Assembly (NCBI GenBank): GCA_977862235.1
Contig: OZ374557.1
Span: forward strand, 3,658,001 to 3,722,000
DNA: 64,000 bases
Reading direction: 5' to 3'
Origin: Dudresnaya verticillata
Lineage: Eukaryota
The first letter of the stretch is position 1. Each line of letters begins with the position of its first letter. A program made the position numbers and the translations under genes. Positions 11,050 through 23,500 of this stretch are shown in pieces. The notes under the pieces were generated by a model. That model was given only the letters and a program-made list of their open reading frames with translations. It was not told the origin of the DNA and searched no databases.

Positions 11050-13618
11050 GAGTCGGGGTGCGCCATAAGTGCCTCCTCCACCATATCAGCGGGGGGCTCG
11101 CCAACCGCACCACCATCGACAGTCAGCACCCGTGCGGGGCGTTTCTGGTAGTTGCCCGGCGGACGATTTACCGTATTGGAGTTGGCGAAAGCCTGTCGCT
11201 TGAGGAGGATCGCTTGATAGTTGCGCTCGCGCTCTTCCATCAGGGGACCCCTTTCGGTGTCGCTCAGATACGGACAAATTACATGGTCCGGGGAGAGGCA
11301 CAAGCGACAGTAGCCACTTCCATAGAGGCGTCTGACATCCGGTGAGGTGTGATCCGTATGCTCTGCGGCAGAGGATTGTTTTCCAATACGGTGTTCGCCC
11401 TGCCCTTGACGGGGAGGCGTGTTGCCGTGGAAGTGTCCAATATGGCTGGGATGGTGCCCAGTGGTTCCCTGACGGTGTGTGGCGGGGCCGTAGCGGATAT
11501 CAGCCGGTCCGTAGCGGGGTTGCCGGGGTGGAGGCATCCGTGGCGCTGGTGCGCGAAGGTTGGGAGTCCGAGGCGGAGTAGGGTAGACACTACTCGGTGG
11601 GGAAGAGTACGCGGTAGTAAACGTAACCCCCGACGAAGTGCCGGCGCTTCGACCCGCACCACCTTCCAGGACGAGCACGTGCTCCTCCGATTCAGCGGGA
11701 TACTCCGAGTAGGTATAATCCGATGGAGAGCCAATCGACAGAACGCCAGAGCGTCGTGACTGACTCTTCGGTTTTCCGTCGAAGACGTGCACGGCTGAGG
11801 TTTGGCGTCTGGTTGCCCGATGGGATTCTCCAAGCCCTTTAGCGTAGCTGGTGATGGCTTGGTAATCCATGTGGGGGTGTGTTGCCAGATAATTGCGCAT
11901 CTGCTGACACGTTCCTGGTAGGAGTCATTCCACAAACAGCGACTTGAGGGACCTGTCGGAGAATACTGTACCGCATCGGAGTGCCTTAGTCCAAAGTTGG
12001 TTGGAGAATTACTCTTCCGTTAAGGCCGACGTTTGTCGAAACGACGTTACGTCCGAATACCCTTCGTCAATCACCTCATCGGTAGCATAAGTCCTTAGCA
12101 AAAAGTTCACCACTTCGGTATAGGTGCGAAGCATCTCTGCTTGCTCCTCGTCGACCGCCATGGTACCACCAGCGAGACGGGCCTGAAGCAAAGCTTCAGC
12201 CTGTCCACTCAAGAAAAACTGGAAACACCACAGTGCGGTTCCTTCCGAAATGGAGTTGATGTTACACGCATCCTTGAACTTCGCGAGAAATCCAAGGACC
12301 GTGATGGGGTCTGTACCGTTGAAGGAGTGGGGCTTCATTTGCACCTCCAGCTTTTTGCGGATACGTCCCATATTTTGGGACAAGCTAGAGCTGTAGTATG
12401 AACTCTTTTTCTCCAGTCGGTATGTTCGGAAATCCAGCGCCTTCACGACCCTGTCATTCAGGGGCCGGATCACCTTTGGGAGTGGCCTGTCGACCTCTCG
12501 GTGTTTGGCGTCGTGTTTTCTGACCCGACGCCGCTCGTCCCTATCCGTATCGGAGTAGCTCGTATCAGAGCCAGAGGAATGGGAGGAGTCATGTCCTTTT
12601 CGTCGCCTATGGCGCGACTTGCGCTTATTCTTCTTCCTATTGCATTGCAGTGTTGGCTATCATTAGATTCCGTACCGGAGTGTTCTTTATCCCGTCGCGA
12701 AGCGCGTTTGCTCCGTTGCGAACGGTCACGTTCCTTATCGGAGTGGGAGTCCTTGGCCTTTCTGTCAGCACTGTCTCTACCACTCCGGTCTTGGTTTTTC
12801 TTGGAGTCACCATTGGAGTGCTCACTGCCTCTACGCGAAGCCACCGCCACGGTGATACGTTCCCCCGCAGGCACTTCTGCGGGTCCAGGGACCGTACTCC
12901 GATTCGGTTGGGGTTGGTGTGTTGGATACAATTCGGTGTATTGAGTTTGGGTAGGTAACCCAGGGGCTGCCACTGTCCTTACCGGATCGGGCGGAAACAC
13001 CTGAGTGGGGATTTCTGGCATATACGTCGTTTCTCCCTTGACCGGGAAGTTATTCCGTATCGGTGTAGGTCCAGAAAAGGGCTGCTCCTTGGGTCCCGGT
13101 AGGGGTTGTCCGGGGATGAGCATCTGCTCGATCTCCGACGCCTGACGCTCCTGACGGATGAGCGTCTCTACCAACTCCGGAAGGTGTTTCTCCAGGTAGG
13201 AGCTAACAATGACCGGAACGGTGTCGGCGAGCGTGGTCTCAACCTCCTTGACCATGTTGGGTTGCACCTCTATACGGAGATGCTCCAACACCCGTGGGAT
13301 GACCTCCGAAAGTATCCAATGGACACGATTGGAGTCACCTGGCTTGGATACACCCTTGCGGGAAGTGTCTGAACCAGGTCGGGATCTAGCGAGCTTACTG
13401 TCTACACCTTTAAGGAGTTCTTCGGGGTTCTCCATACCGGGGTTCAGGTCGGCAGCATCGCCACGGCGTGTTCTCGTGGCTGAGGCTACCTCCCGTTCGG
13501 TGGGCTCACTGCGGCGTGTTCTCGCAGTAGAGGGCACCTCCGGGACGGTTTTATCGTCACCGCGGCGTGTTCTCGCGGTTGACGGCACCTCACCTTGATC
13601 CGATACGGTAGGGTCCAT
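11025..13618 (-). pseudogene. gag: Gag of element B (frameshift and stop)
   Basis: ORFs 12470-13618, 12009-12473, 11025-11900; CRLCLSPDHVICP knuckle; N-terminal EVPSTARTRR repeats. Confidence 0.88.
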
Positions 13619-13757
13619 GTGTTCTTCTATTCTTAGGTTACCAAAACGGAGTCAACGAGTGTTTGCCTTGTCCTGCCTTTACACCAATACGGAGTTGTCA
13701 CGAAGCTGATCTCCTACCGAAGCGGAGCCCAACGGAGATTCTTCTACCTTCACGGCC

Positions 13758-13775
13758 TTCTAGGTCGGGAGACCA
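13758..13775 (-). promoter_or_regulatory. Primer binding site of B (tRNA 3' end, probably tRNA-Tyr)
   Basis: Minus strand TGGTCTCCCGACCTAGAA, 6 nt from the LTR; identical to the PBS of C. Confidence 0.85.
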
Positions 13776-13781
13776 AAAAGA

Positions 13782-14453
13782 TGTGGTGAAATGAAAGGCA
13801 CACCTGTAAGGAGAGCTGATCAGGCAATCCCAATAAGGAGTGATCTCACACGGCACCGGGGTGGTAGAGCTTAGTTCGTAGACCGAAGGGAGTACCTCGA
13901 GCGGCAAAAACTGTAAGGAGTAAAGGAACGCAACAGGCAAGGGGACGGTACAGTGCCAGGGCAGCTACACCGGGACGGAGGTAAGAGGAATCCGTTCACG
14001 GGGCTGGCGATGGGAAACCGTAAAGGAGTATGAGGGTAAGGCTTAGGGTAAGTCACTTTGCCCAGGGTTGCGTACCCGTTTACTGTAGGACTCGCGGTGG
14101 CCACCCATTAATATACTGGGAGATACGCCCCGCGGTCCGGTCCGTGTGTGCCAGACCAATGGGTCTGGGCCACCAGGTGGGTCCGGCCCTACTGGTCCCG
14201 GTCACCGTTGCAGACATGCTCGGCATTCTCATTGGCCGGCTGACACTACGTACTGTACAGCATCATTACAATTACCTAATTACAAATAAATCAACTACTT
14301 GGCTCCTATTGGTGGTGCGCGCAGACTCCAGCAAGGCGTACAGTGCTACTGTGTCGCTGCACTCCCGTTCGATATTTGGCGCCAGCTCATCGGTGCGCCG
14401 GTCGCGAGTCGGCTCAACCGTCGTCGGCACTCCACAACGGCCGCCTCACCACA
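13782..14453 (-). repeat. 5' LTR of element B (672 bp)
   Basis: 8-bp inverted termini tgtggtga/tcaccaca; adjacent to the PBS; sharp switch to D-family LTR sequence at 14454. Confidence 0.85.
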
Positions 14454-14888
14454 TTGGGGAGCGCCGGCGCACCTACCGGGTTGGTGCCGCCGCAGACCCT
14501 GTAGTATATCTAGTAGTCGCCCCTCTGGGCTTGAGTAAACCAGGCAAGCCAGCCTACGCCAGGCTTGCCCTTTCTGCTTTGGGTTTCTTTCCCAGTCCTT
14601 CGCTCTACGGCTTCCCTCTTTCCCTAGCCGTCTAGGCTTTCCTTTTCCTTTCCCTACCGTCGGCTTCGTGCCGCCCCACGACGGGGACGCAGGGATCCGG
14701 CCACTGGCGCCCGCGTACGGCACGCCCCGTGCGCGCTCAGGCTTCGACGCCGTTGATCCGCGACCGTCGACGGCGCGCGCGGCCGACACTACCGCTCTAC
14801 CACCACCGCTACCACCCTTCGACGGGTCTGGGTGCTACTGCGAGACCGGCCACGCTAGACGTCAGTTCGACCTGACGTCTCTGCTACA
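14454..14888 (+). repeat. Partial LTR of family D, interrupted by element B
   Basis: Reverse-complement match to ~26666-27100; ends in ...gacgtctctgctaca. Confidence 0.88.
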
Positions 14889-15101
14889 ATTACATCCGTG
14901 TCGACCTACGTCCCAGAAGCGTTTCTCTCTCTATTTTTACCTTTCGCTTTGCTGCTTTGTTTCTAACTTTACCGCCGAGGGCGTTTAAAGTCCGCCCTTG
15001 GCGCGTTTCATACGCTCTACCACACCATCGCTATCAGGGTGCTACCCACCGGGATTGAACTACCCGAAGGTGCTACTAGTCTCTAGATGGTTTGCACCAC
15101 A
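14889..15101 (+). repeat. Probable 3' fragment of a further LTR (family E)
   Basis: Pyrimidine-rich tract like the other LTRs; ends in gcaccaca where the Harbinger-like frame appears to break. Confidence 0.45.
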
Positions 15102-15632
15102 CCGATACTGGCGTTCTATGTATCGCAGTTCATGTATGGTCTGCTCTCGGTTCAGATTAATCGGTCCGTGTCGGCGATATATGGATTTAAGAACCAACTC
15201 GAAGTAGTAACGCTGGCTTTCAGGAGACATGCGAACATTATTGTCCATTTGATCAAGAGAGAGACCACTTGGAAGGTGTCGCAATGTCCCCAATATCTTT
15301 TGATACGATGTGTGGCCTGTATTTCCAGCAGCATTTCTATGGTAGGCAAGCAGGGGCTCCATTTCTAGAAGCGCTTCGAATAATGTCCAGTAGAACGATA
15401 TGGGAATGCGAAACAGTTCACAAAATATGGAGGAAGGGTATACAGGTGTACTGGACAGGTAGTCCGCAAAACAGGAGTATTGGCCTCGTTGCACCGTGGT
15501 GTTCTTCGGGGCCCGACGCTGGTACGCGGATTGGTGCGGTGTTCCACTCAAGATGGGTGTTAGCGCTGAAACGGCCTGCGCTGCAGTCTTTTCAGTGTCG
15601 CTGAAGAAATCGGCGTCCGAGGAAGTGCTCAT
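15102..15632 (-). pseudogene. PIF/Harbinger-type transposase N-terminal fragment
   Basis: DYLSSTPVYP..IF.ELFRIP, AAGNTGHTSYQKILGTLRHL.SG...DQMD...RMSPES match the Plant_tran/Harbinger N-terminal pattern. Confidence 0.75.
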
Positions 15633-15660
15633 GGTGCCTGGGGGTAGGATAGGGTGATGG

Positions 15661-16303
15661 TGTAGTAGTATGGCACGTCAAGGCAGAAACCCGCCAACCG
15701 GCAAGGACAGCTGTCCTGACGGTGCACAACACAATAGCTTAGGTAGCTCGGGAAAAGGGGTTGGTAGAGTCTTTGAAAGGCACAGAGCCTAAGGGAAAAG
15801 GGGAAAAGGGGCGGCGCCACCCAGCTCGCACAGAGCAACCGTCGTGTGAAGGCAAGGCTCGTAAAGCACCTGAAAGGGAGCTTACGTTGAGTCCGTGAAT
15901 TCCAGAAAAAGGGTAAAGACCCGAAACCCACCGGGGGTCTATTCAGGAGGCCCCTGCTACTCAGGGGCCTATTAAGTATACAGAGCCGAAAATGCTCTTA
16001 CCTCCTATGAGCTATTCTAAGCTATTCTAACTGTCATTATTAATCTAATTGTACTGTTGTCAGTTATAAATACGGATTAGTGGTAGTACCGCGTCGGGAC
16101 GCGTGAGCGGCCACAATAAATTACCCAATGGCAATTTGCTATCAATTTTGGTGCCAGCAGGGACGCAAGCGGGGCGCATCGCCCTTACAGCGCACGGTGC
16201 TTGTGCGCGCCTTACAACTTGATGCGCGTGGGCGTCTTACACCTTAATGCGCACAAATGACTTACAGTGCGCTAGCACTCCTGCTGCGGCTCATTCTTCC
16301 ACA
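15661..16303 (-). repeat. 3' LTR of element C
   Basis: Direct repeat of 29241-29883; about 5 substitutions seen by eye. Confidence 0.97.
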
Positions 16304-16314
16304 CGGCCCCCTCG
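16304..16314 (-). promoter_or_regulatory. Polypurine tract of C
   Basis: Minus strand CGAGGGGGCCG immediately before the 3' LTR. Confidence 0.6.
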
Positions 16315-16366
16315 TTAAGGCTGAGAGACCCGCGAAGCCAGCAAGGCTGTTTCTATTGGCCCCGTC

Positions 16367-19099
16367 TTGGGCGAGCTTGAAATCCCAGTGGATTATTGGG
16401 CCAACGGTTCACTTGTAACCGCCGCCACTGGCGGCCGGTGTGGAACCGTTCGCAGTAGTGACAAATCACTGGCTTCGCCGTCCCGGTCTCGGCGGCGACC
16501 GTCTGACTATTCCGACGACCAGTGTGCATTTTCGCGCAGAAAGCCCGAACCGGCTGCATACTTCAGCGACTTCACAGCGGCTTCCGCTACAGTTCTCTGT
16601 GCACATCCCACTTCGCACCACCATCTCCAACGCCTCCACGCTGTGGTCCGGCAACCCATCTAGGTTCGCGTACTGCTTCCGTTGCGGCGGTCTGCGGACA
16701 TTACAGTAGCGGGACCCGCTGTACCCTGTCGCCACCCGTGCACCTCTTCCTACGGCCGGGCCGTCACGTGCGCAGTAGCCAAGAATAGCCACTGTGGCTG
16801 GATAGAAGACCTGTTCACCCCGTGGTACCAAGATGAGCCATAGCCACATGGCTTATGGGGCCGCTGGCTCAAGCACCGGTGTGCTGGGCATTGAAGTGGA
16901 TGAGGAAAGAGTGCCTTTCACGGTCAAGGAGAGCCGCGACTGGCGGGTGCGCACCGACCTCGCGCACCTCAAAGCGCGGGCGGGCGCTGATCGCACCGAC
17001 ATTCTTCGACATGGAGCGCGGCAGGCGCAGCGCCGCACTTGTAATTCCCATGCTCGAGCGCGTCTGGCGCTGCTAACCGGCATGACCCGTCGCCTGCCCG
17101 CCCTTACGGGTCCGTGGCAGTGGGACTTAGCGCACCCGCGCTTCCGCCACGAGGTGCGCTACACAGCCACCTTGTGTAATAAGCTCAACTATGAGCTGGA
17201 GCAGATCCAACACGTGCACGATATGGGTGAGTTCGACCTCGGGATGGTGGCGCATGAGCGCCTGCTGATCCGCAGCGGCAGGGACAACTACCCTTACACC
17301 ACGGCTCGGGTCGTCCGTTGGGACGAGACGTCCAATTTCAAGTTTTCCATGGACAACCCACAAACGGCTATGCCTTCCGATATCATATGCTTTGAGCGTC
17401 GGAATCGTCACCGCACCGGTTGTCTCGTCCCAGGACACTGTCAAGAGGTTACCTCTATTCGCCCGGATTTCTATAGGATCAAATACCCTCAAGTGGCGGG
17501 CGATCACGCCGAGATGGAGGTATCCTATTCCATGCCCGTCGGTACACCAACCATCATAGCGTACCTAGGCTTGGAGATGATGGAACCAACGCAGACGATA
17601 GAGTCTTATGGTCCATCTTTCGTCATGAGTGGATCGTGCTAGTGACGCAAGTAGTCGTCTACGAAGCCCTTCGGGGCTTGTTATACTTCATCAGCGCCCA
17701 GCTTCGTGGGGCCATCCGTTCTATAGGCTCTGCTGCCTTCACCGCCAACTCGGCCGACGCCTCAGACTTGGACCAACCCTTGGTCTTTGTTGAGCGTATT
17801 CGCTGGAGCGGCGTTTCGAAACGCAATAGGCATCTGCCTGAGAACACCGGGCACCTGACGCCGGTGTCGACCGCGGCGATTGGGTTGACTTCGACGCCGT
17901 CAAGTGGCATCCAGCTGGATGAGGGCGAGCGCCGCACTGGTTACAACAAGGGTTGGATGAGTGTGCGTTGGCGCGATGAAGGGCCTAAGCACCCTGCTGA
18001 GGTGCCCCCTTCGACGATACTGTCGATGGGGAGCCGCAGGGTCCATACGCTCCAGTGCTGACACACCACAACCGGGCTGATGCCGAGATCCGTGATCTAT
18101 TTGGCCGCCGTGGGTTGGCGATCCGCCTTGCTGCCCATTGAGGCATCTACTCCCTCAACCTTAACAATCTAGTCTAGCTGAATGGGTCGAGGATGCGCTA
18201 GCCGAGTATGAGGCTCATTGGATAGGAACTCCAGGTCCGGTTGACCGCCTTTTGACTCACCTGAATAAGTTGCCCCCGCTGGGCGGAATCAAGGCTGAAG
18301 GTGAGCCTGGAGTGGAAATCAAGAAAGAGCCTGGCTCTAAGGTTGCCGCGGCATCGGCTATGGTAAGCCAGGTTCTTCAGCCCAAGGCTCTTTAGCGCTC
18401 CTTCCGATTATCGACGCGAGGGAAGCCACCGCGGCTGATGTGTCAAAGGTCCCGCGTGAGAAACCCCTTGCCACGGCTGGTGCTAACGCGTCCAACATCG
18501 CTCCGCGAGTCACGGCGCCTCCTTCCCAGCCATCGGCTTCTCTAGTTGGAGTCCCACTCCGCTCCGTGGTTCCACGCCAGATTTCTACCGTTAGCGGCGC
18601 GCCCGCTGGGAATAACCCACAGTCGGCGTCAGCATCGGCTAACCGCCCCACTGCCGAGGTGGCTGTTGGGCCCCCCTCAGGGCCGCCCCCTTCGGCTGCA
18701 TCTGGCACAGCACCTGCCTCACTCGAGACGCCTGCTAAGTCTTTGACTGGTGATTCTCCCCAAGTGGAGGAGAGGGCATCTACGCCGCTGGCTCCCGGTC
18801 AAGGCGATGAGGCTTTGCAGCCTACCGACGAAGTGCTCGTGAAAACTGAGTTGGTGCTCAAGGAAGAGGAGGAGTTGGCTCCTGTGGAGGGCGATGTTGC
18901 GCCGATGGATGTGGACCCGACGACAGCCAACGAGGCTCAAGGAACGACAATGGAGGGTACTCGCCGGGGCCGTGGACCGCGTCGTGGCCAGGGTCGGCGG
19001 ATCACACGCGAGGTGCGCCGCATCGTGACGATGCGGGCGCCTTCTGCACCTAACCCGCCCCTTGGCGATGACGAGGTCATTGACCTCCTTTCGGATTAA
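16367..19099 (+). pseudogene. Antisense extra ORF of element C (fragmented), unknown nuclear protein
   Basis: Consecutive plus-strand ORFs 16367-16663, 16833-17642, 17636-18061, 18440-19099; ends RRGRGPRRGQGRR...DDEVIDLLSD. Confidence 0.65.
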
Positions 19100-20155
19100 C
19101 CGAGTCGAGCCCTCGTCTTGAGGCATGCCTCGAGACATCGAGCCTGATAGGGGCTAGAAGCCCTTTCCGGCGGCTTAACCGTTTAGCAATAAACTTCGTC
19201 TTGTATGCGTAGCCCACTGCTTTGGTAGGCTTCGAGCCTTCACATCCGGTGCCACTCTTCTTCCTAGTGAGACAGTGGTGCCTTTGCTTGTTCAAGCAGC
19301 GTGGGACGACCTATTATTGGTTGACCAATACGCCTCTCTAGCGTCTGTCGCTGCCTGAGAGCGTGCCAGCAATGCCCACAGTAGCTCTACAGTTCAATGC
19401 GACGCACTGTAGCGTATTTTGGCGCGAAAGCCGTTATGGCTGTTAATTGGTCACATCACTCCGCCACCTTGCTGTAGCCTTTCTAGCAACTCACGGACTG
19501 TGCCCATCGCCACAACCAAGAGGTATTAGTCAGCGGCATCGGCTTCTTCGACCGCGTGGCTTCCAGAATTCTCAACGTCAATACGCTTGGCGCTTTCTCC
19601 TCCCCTATCAATGGGGTCTTACGCGGTTCCAAACGTCCTCCCCAGCAGATGGGGGAGTCGGAGTATCAAGACTCACCAGTCTAGGATGGGGCGTATTTGT
19701 GCCTTACACCATCACTGGGTTTGACGCGAACGCCGTTTTTGTGGGAGATAGTTGGATCAACCTCGGGCTAATGTCCAGTCCATATTGTAGCGTATCGCTT
19801 TTGGGCAGTCCAGCCGCCCTCAAGCGTCATAGTGCTGGTAGTTATAATTGCAATAAATTATCAGTTGGCCATCGCCGCTGTTCCTTGCCCGCGCCGAGGA
19901 GAGAGTGGTCGCCATAGCTTTTGCCTTTTCAGGATTGAGTCCTTGGGGTAGCCATGTTCCGGCCACTCTGCCTAACAATAGCCTCTGTGCTCGAGGTTGG
20001 CCTCAACCTGAATCTGGCCTTGAGCCAGGTTGATAACCTTATGCATAGCGTTAGTCGCTGTACACAGGTGCGCCTCTAACGTAGGATCAACTCCTAGCTC
20101 TGAAGCGCCCGCTCGCTTTGGCGAGACTCATCTTGCAGAGTTCACCTCTTGATTA

Positions 20156-20287
20156 CATCTATCCATTTCCATGCTTCCATCCAGGATCCAATCCTTCTAA
20201 CATCTATCCATGATATACATCTATCCAGAGTCTTGACTCTTCTTTCATCTATCCATTTCCACATCTATCCAGAGTCTTGACTCTTCT
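20156..20287. repeat. CATCTATCCA micro-array (5 copies) in the 3' region of C
   Basis: Copies at 20156, 20201, 20218, 20246, 20262; two extend as gagtcttgactcttct. Confidence 0.8.
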
Positions 20288-20564
20288 GCAGCCATCGACA
20301 TTGGTTCATCTTCTTGAGAGGCTAAACCCCTACTTCCGGGTTCGGTAATCGGCGAATGCCGTCCTTAGCTCATAGGCTGCGTTCGTATTTGCGCGAGGAC
20401 GTCGGCTTCGGAATCCAGAACCAAGTTCTACCTCAACTCATATGAGGTGAGTCTAGCAGTCGGGAGATCCGACTCCAAACAGCCTAACTGCTGTTTTGGT
20501 TTGGTGCGCCCGCTTGAGACCACTCATAGGCCCGGTGCCTTACTCAACGCGCGTGTTCGCCTCG

Positions 20565-23500
20565 CTAATTATCAGGGAAAGGTATCCCTTTTTGGCGGAG
20601 ATACCTTGCAACTAAATTATGAGGGAGATGCCCTTTTGGTTCCCATGTGTCCTTTGAGGCTGGGCTCTGGAACCAACGCACACGATAGAGGTGTGTGTCG
20701 GGGTTATAGGAAACGATCCTTTCGTACACGTGTTCGCGTGGTGGTGCCTTCTCGAAGCGCGAGAATTTGCGGTTTGACGTCCCTTCAGCCACTGTCGGCG
20801 GAGGTGATGACGCGTCCACACCCTCATCTCTAGGAGCATTCTCCTGTCGTTGGGGAACAACAGGCGCAGTATGGGCGCCGCTAGGTTGCGCATCCCCATC
20901 TGTGTCAGCCATTGTCTCGCCTTCAGCACCAGGTGCTTCGGGAGGTGCCGGTTCATTACCGCTTGATGCGGTGTTCATCTGGGGCCCAGTGCCGTTTGTG
21001 TTGGGCCCGTAGGTTGGCCCAGTTGGGCTACTCGAAGGTGCTGCACCTGTCTCCGGTGGCATTTCCACTACCGGGGGAGTCATGTCTAGTGCCAGCGGCG
21101 CTTCGTGTGGCGATGGAGCCAAAATGACTCGGTCCAAAGAGATTGTTTCTCTGTCGCCCTTGATGCCGAGAACCACCACATGGGTTCCTCTCTCGAGGAC
21201 CTTATATGGCCCAAGGGCTTTCGGGAACAGTTTCCCTGCCCTCGCCACGCCTGAAGCGTCCTTCACTTTGGGTTCCCGTTCGAGGAATACCCACGACCCA
21301 GGACGTACCCTTTGGTTAGCCGGTCGAATGCGGCTATTAAAGTTGGTTTCATAGCGCCTTTGCGCTAGTTGCATCCTCGGCAGAGCCGTATCCATGAGCT
21401 TTTCCAGCCGAGCGGTTAGGCGCTTCTTGACGTTCGTAACGGGTATCCCGTCAAGGTCTACCGTTTCCGCTTGTTCCAGTAGTAGGGAAGTCGGCGGATT
21501 TGACAAAACCAAGTCAAAAGGGGCTAACCCTGTAGCGCGATGCACTGTCGTATTGTAAGCGTACGTGAGCGCTGAGGTGAACTCGTCCCAGTCCCTCTGG
21601 TCTTCCGCTATGAAGTGGCGAAGGCCCGCTAGGATGGTGCGGTTGAACCTCTCGGTTTGCCCATTAGTTTGGGGATGGTATGTCGACGTGAACATATTCC
21701 GAATCCGTAGGATATCGCACACGGCGAGGAAGAACTTAGAGGCAAATTGAGACCCATTGCCTGAAAGGACGTAACGGGGCGGTCCATAGATAAAGACCCA
21801 ATGGTCACAAAACGCCTTCGCCACTGTATAGGCGGTTACCGTTTTCATCGGTATTGCTCGCGTCAGCTTCGAGAAGCGGTCCGTCATAACCAACAGGAAC
21901 TCGTTTCCTTTCCCGGAGCGGGGTAATGGGCCCAGGATATCGATTCCTACGAACTCTAACGGCATGGTTGCCGGGAAGAGTTTCATATGCGAATCTTGTT
22001 TCCGCAACTTCACCCGCTCTTGTGCGCATTTGACACAATTACGCACGGTGGAGTATACATCCAATGCCATCTCTGGCCAATATACCTGTCTTCGCAGGTT
22101 ATGATACATCCGGGTTCCACCTGGGTGTCCCGCCATCTCGGGGTAGTGGGCTAGGTGTAACGCCCTTTCTTTAAGAGAACGAGGTATGAGAACCTGTATC
22201 GCCTTGTCGATATACGACTTCCGGACTAGGAGTCCTCGTTCGTCCTCGATATAGCAACCAGGCTTCCCGGCCTCGAGGTTCCTTCGGACCCAGATACAGA
22301 ATTCACCTGTTTTCTGCTCACGGAGCAACTCTTCTGTGGTGATGAGGGATAGTCCCTTTTGTCCAGATTCCTTCTCGGCCACTTGGGCGATGAACATTTC
22401 GTCATCCGAATCGGACTCATCGACGGGTTCGATTTCCCACGCTTCCAACGGTCGCGTGTTGGGCTCCGGTCGCGACCTTTCGCAGGGTTCGTCCCTCGGA
22501 TCAGTCTCGAGGATTAGACACGGGATATCCAGGTCCGGTTCCCATGGCGTGAAGCCATACGTGGGCAGCCGAGATACGGCATCAGCAATCTTATTCTTTT
22601 TGCCTTTTCGGTACTGGACCGTGAAGTCGTATTCCAGGAGGCGTAATCTCCAACGGGCCAACCGTCCAGAAGCATCTGTCATGCTCATCATCCATTTCAG
22701 CGCTTGATGGTCTGTATACAGGTCAAAGTGGGACCTTTCTAAATATGGTCTGAGCAATTGTGCCGCCCAGACCACTGCGAGGCACTCCTTTTCGCCTACA
22801 GAATAATTCTTCTCTGCCTTAGTCAGTCCTCGGCTCCAGAAGCCTATCGGGTGTCGAGTCCCGTCTTCTTCGGCTTGCATCAGCGCGCAACCAATATGGT
22901 AGTCGCACGCGTCGGTATCTACCGATAGGGCCTTACCCTCTTGTGGCAACCTAAGAATAGGAGGCGCTATTAGCGCTGTCTTCAGCAAGCCGAACACCTC
23001 GCGCTGACGTTCATTGAACTGTGGCAGTTCAAAGCCCACTTCCTTCTGAAGGAGGGCATTGAGCGGAGCTGCCACGCGAGCGAAGTTAGGCACGAATCGA
23101 CTGTAGACGTTGCATAGACCGATGAAAGACCGCAACTGGATCTGGGTGGTCGGCTCCTTGAAGCCTTCGATGGCTTGCGTATTCTTAGTCGCCACTTCTA
23201 ATAAACCCGGACGGATGACGTGCCCTAAGTAGTCGACACTCTTTGTGAAGAAGTTACACTTCTTAAGTTTCAAGGAGACCCCTGCTTCTTGTAATACAGA
23301 GAGAATCTCTCTTACATGCGTGACATGCTCGTCGACGGTCGCGGAGAATACGATAATATCGTCGAGGTATACGAGGCATGATTTCCATCGAAATCCTGAT
23401 AAGAGGATGTCGACCGTTCGCTGAAAGGTCGCCGGAGCGTTGCATAGCCCAAAGGGCATCCTGCAGAATTGGAAGCAGCCCGCGTGGCATGTAAAAGCAG

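Larger units (their letters stand above)
4204..14453 (-). mobile_element. Ty3/Gypsy chromodomain retrotransposon B (5' LTR, PBS, gag, pol, 3' antisense ORF; 3' LTR missing)
   Basis: LTR tgtggtga...tcaccaca, PBS, gag, PR (LDSGAGPNLI), RT, RH, integrase (HPGG, CRSC, LTDNG, QTNGQAER) and chromodomain on the minus strand. Confidence 0.93.

Noticed and set aside
14030..14988. ORFs within LTR sequences (also 15629-15931, 26713-27779)
   Set aside because: Chance ORFs in GC-rich LTRs; stops and frames differ between copies
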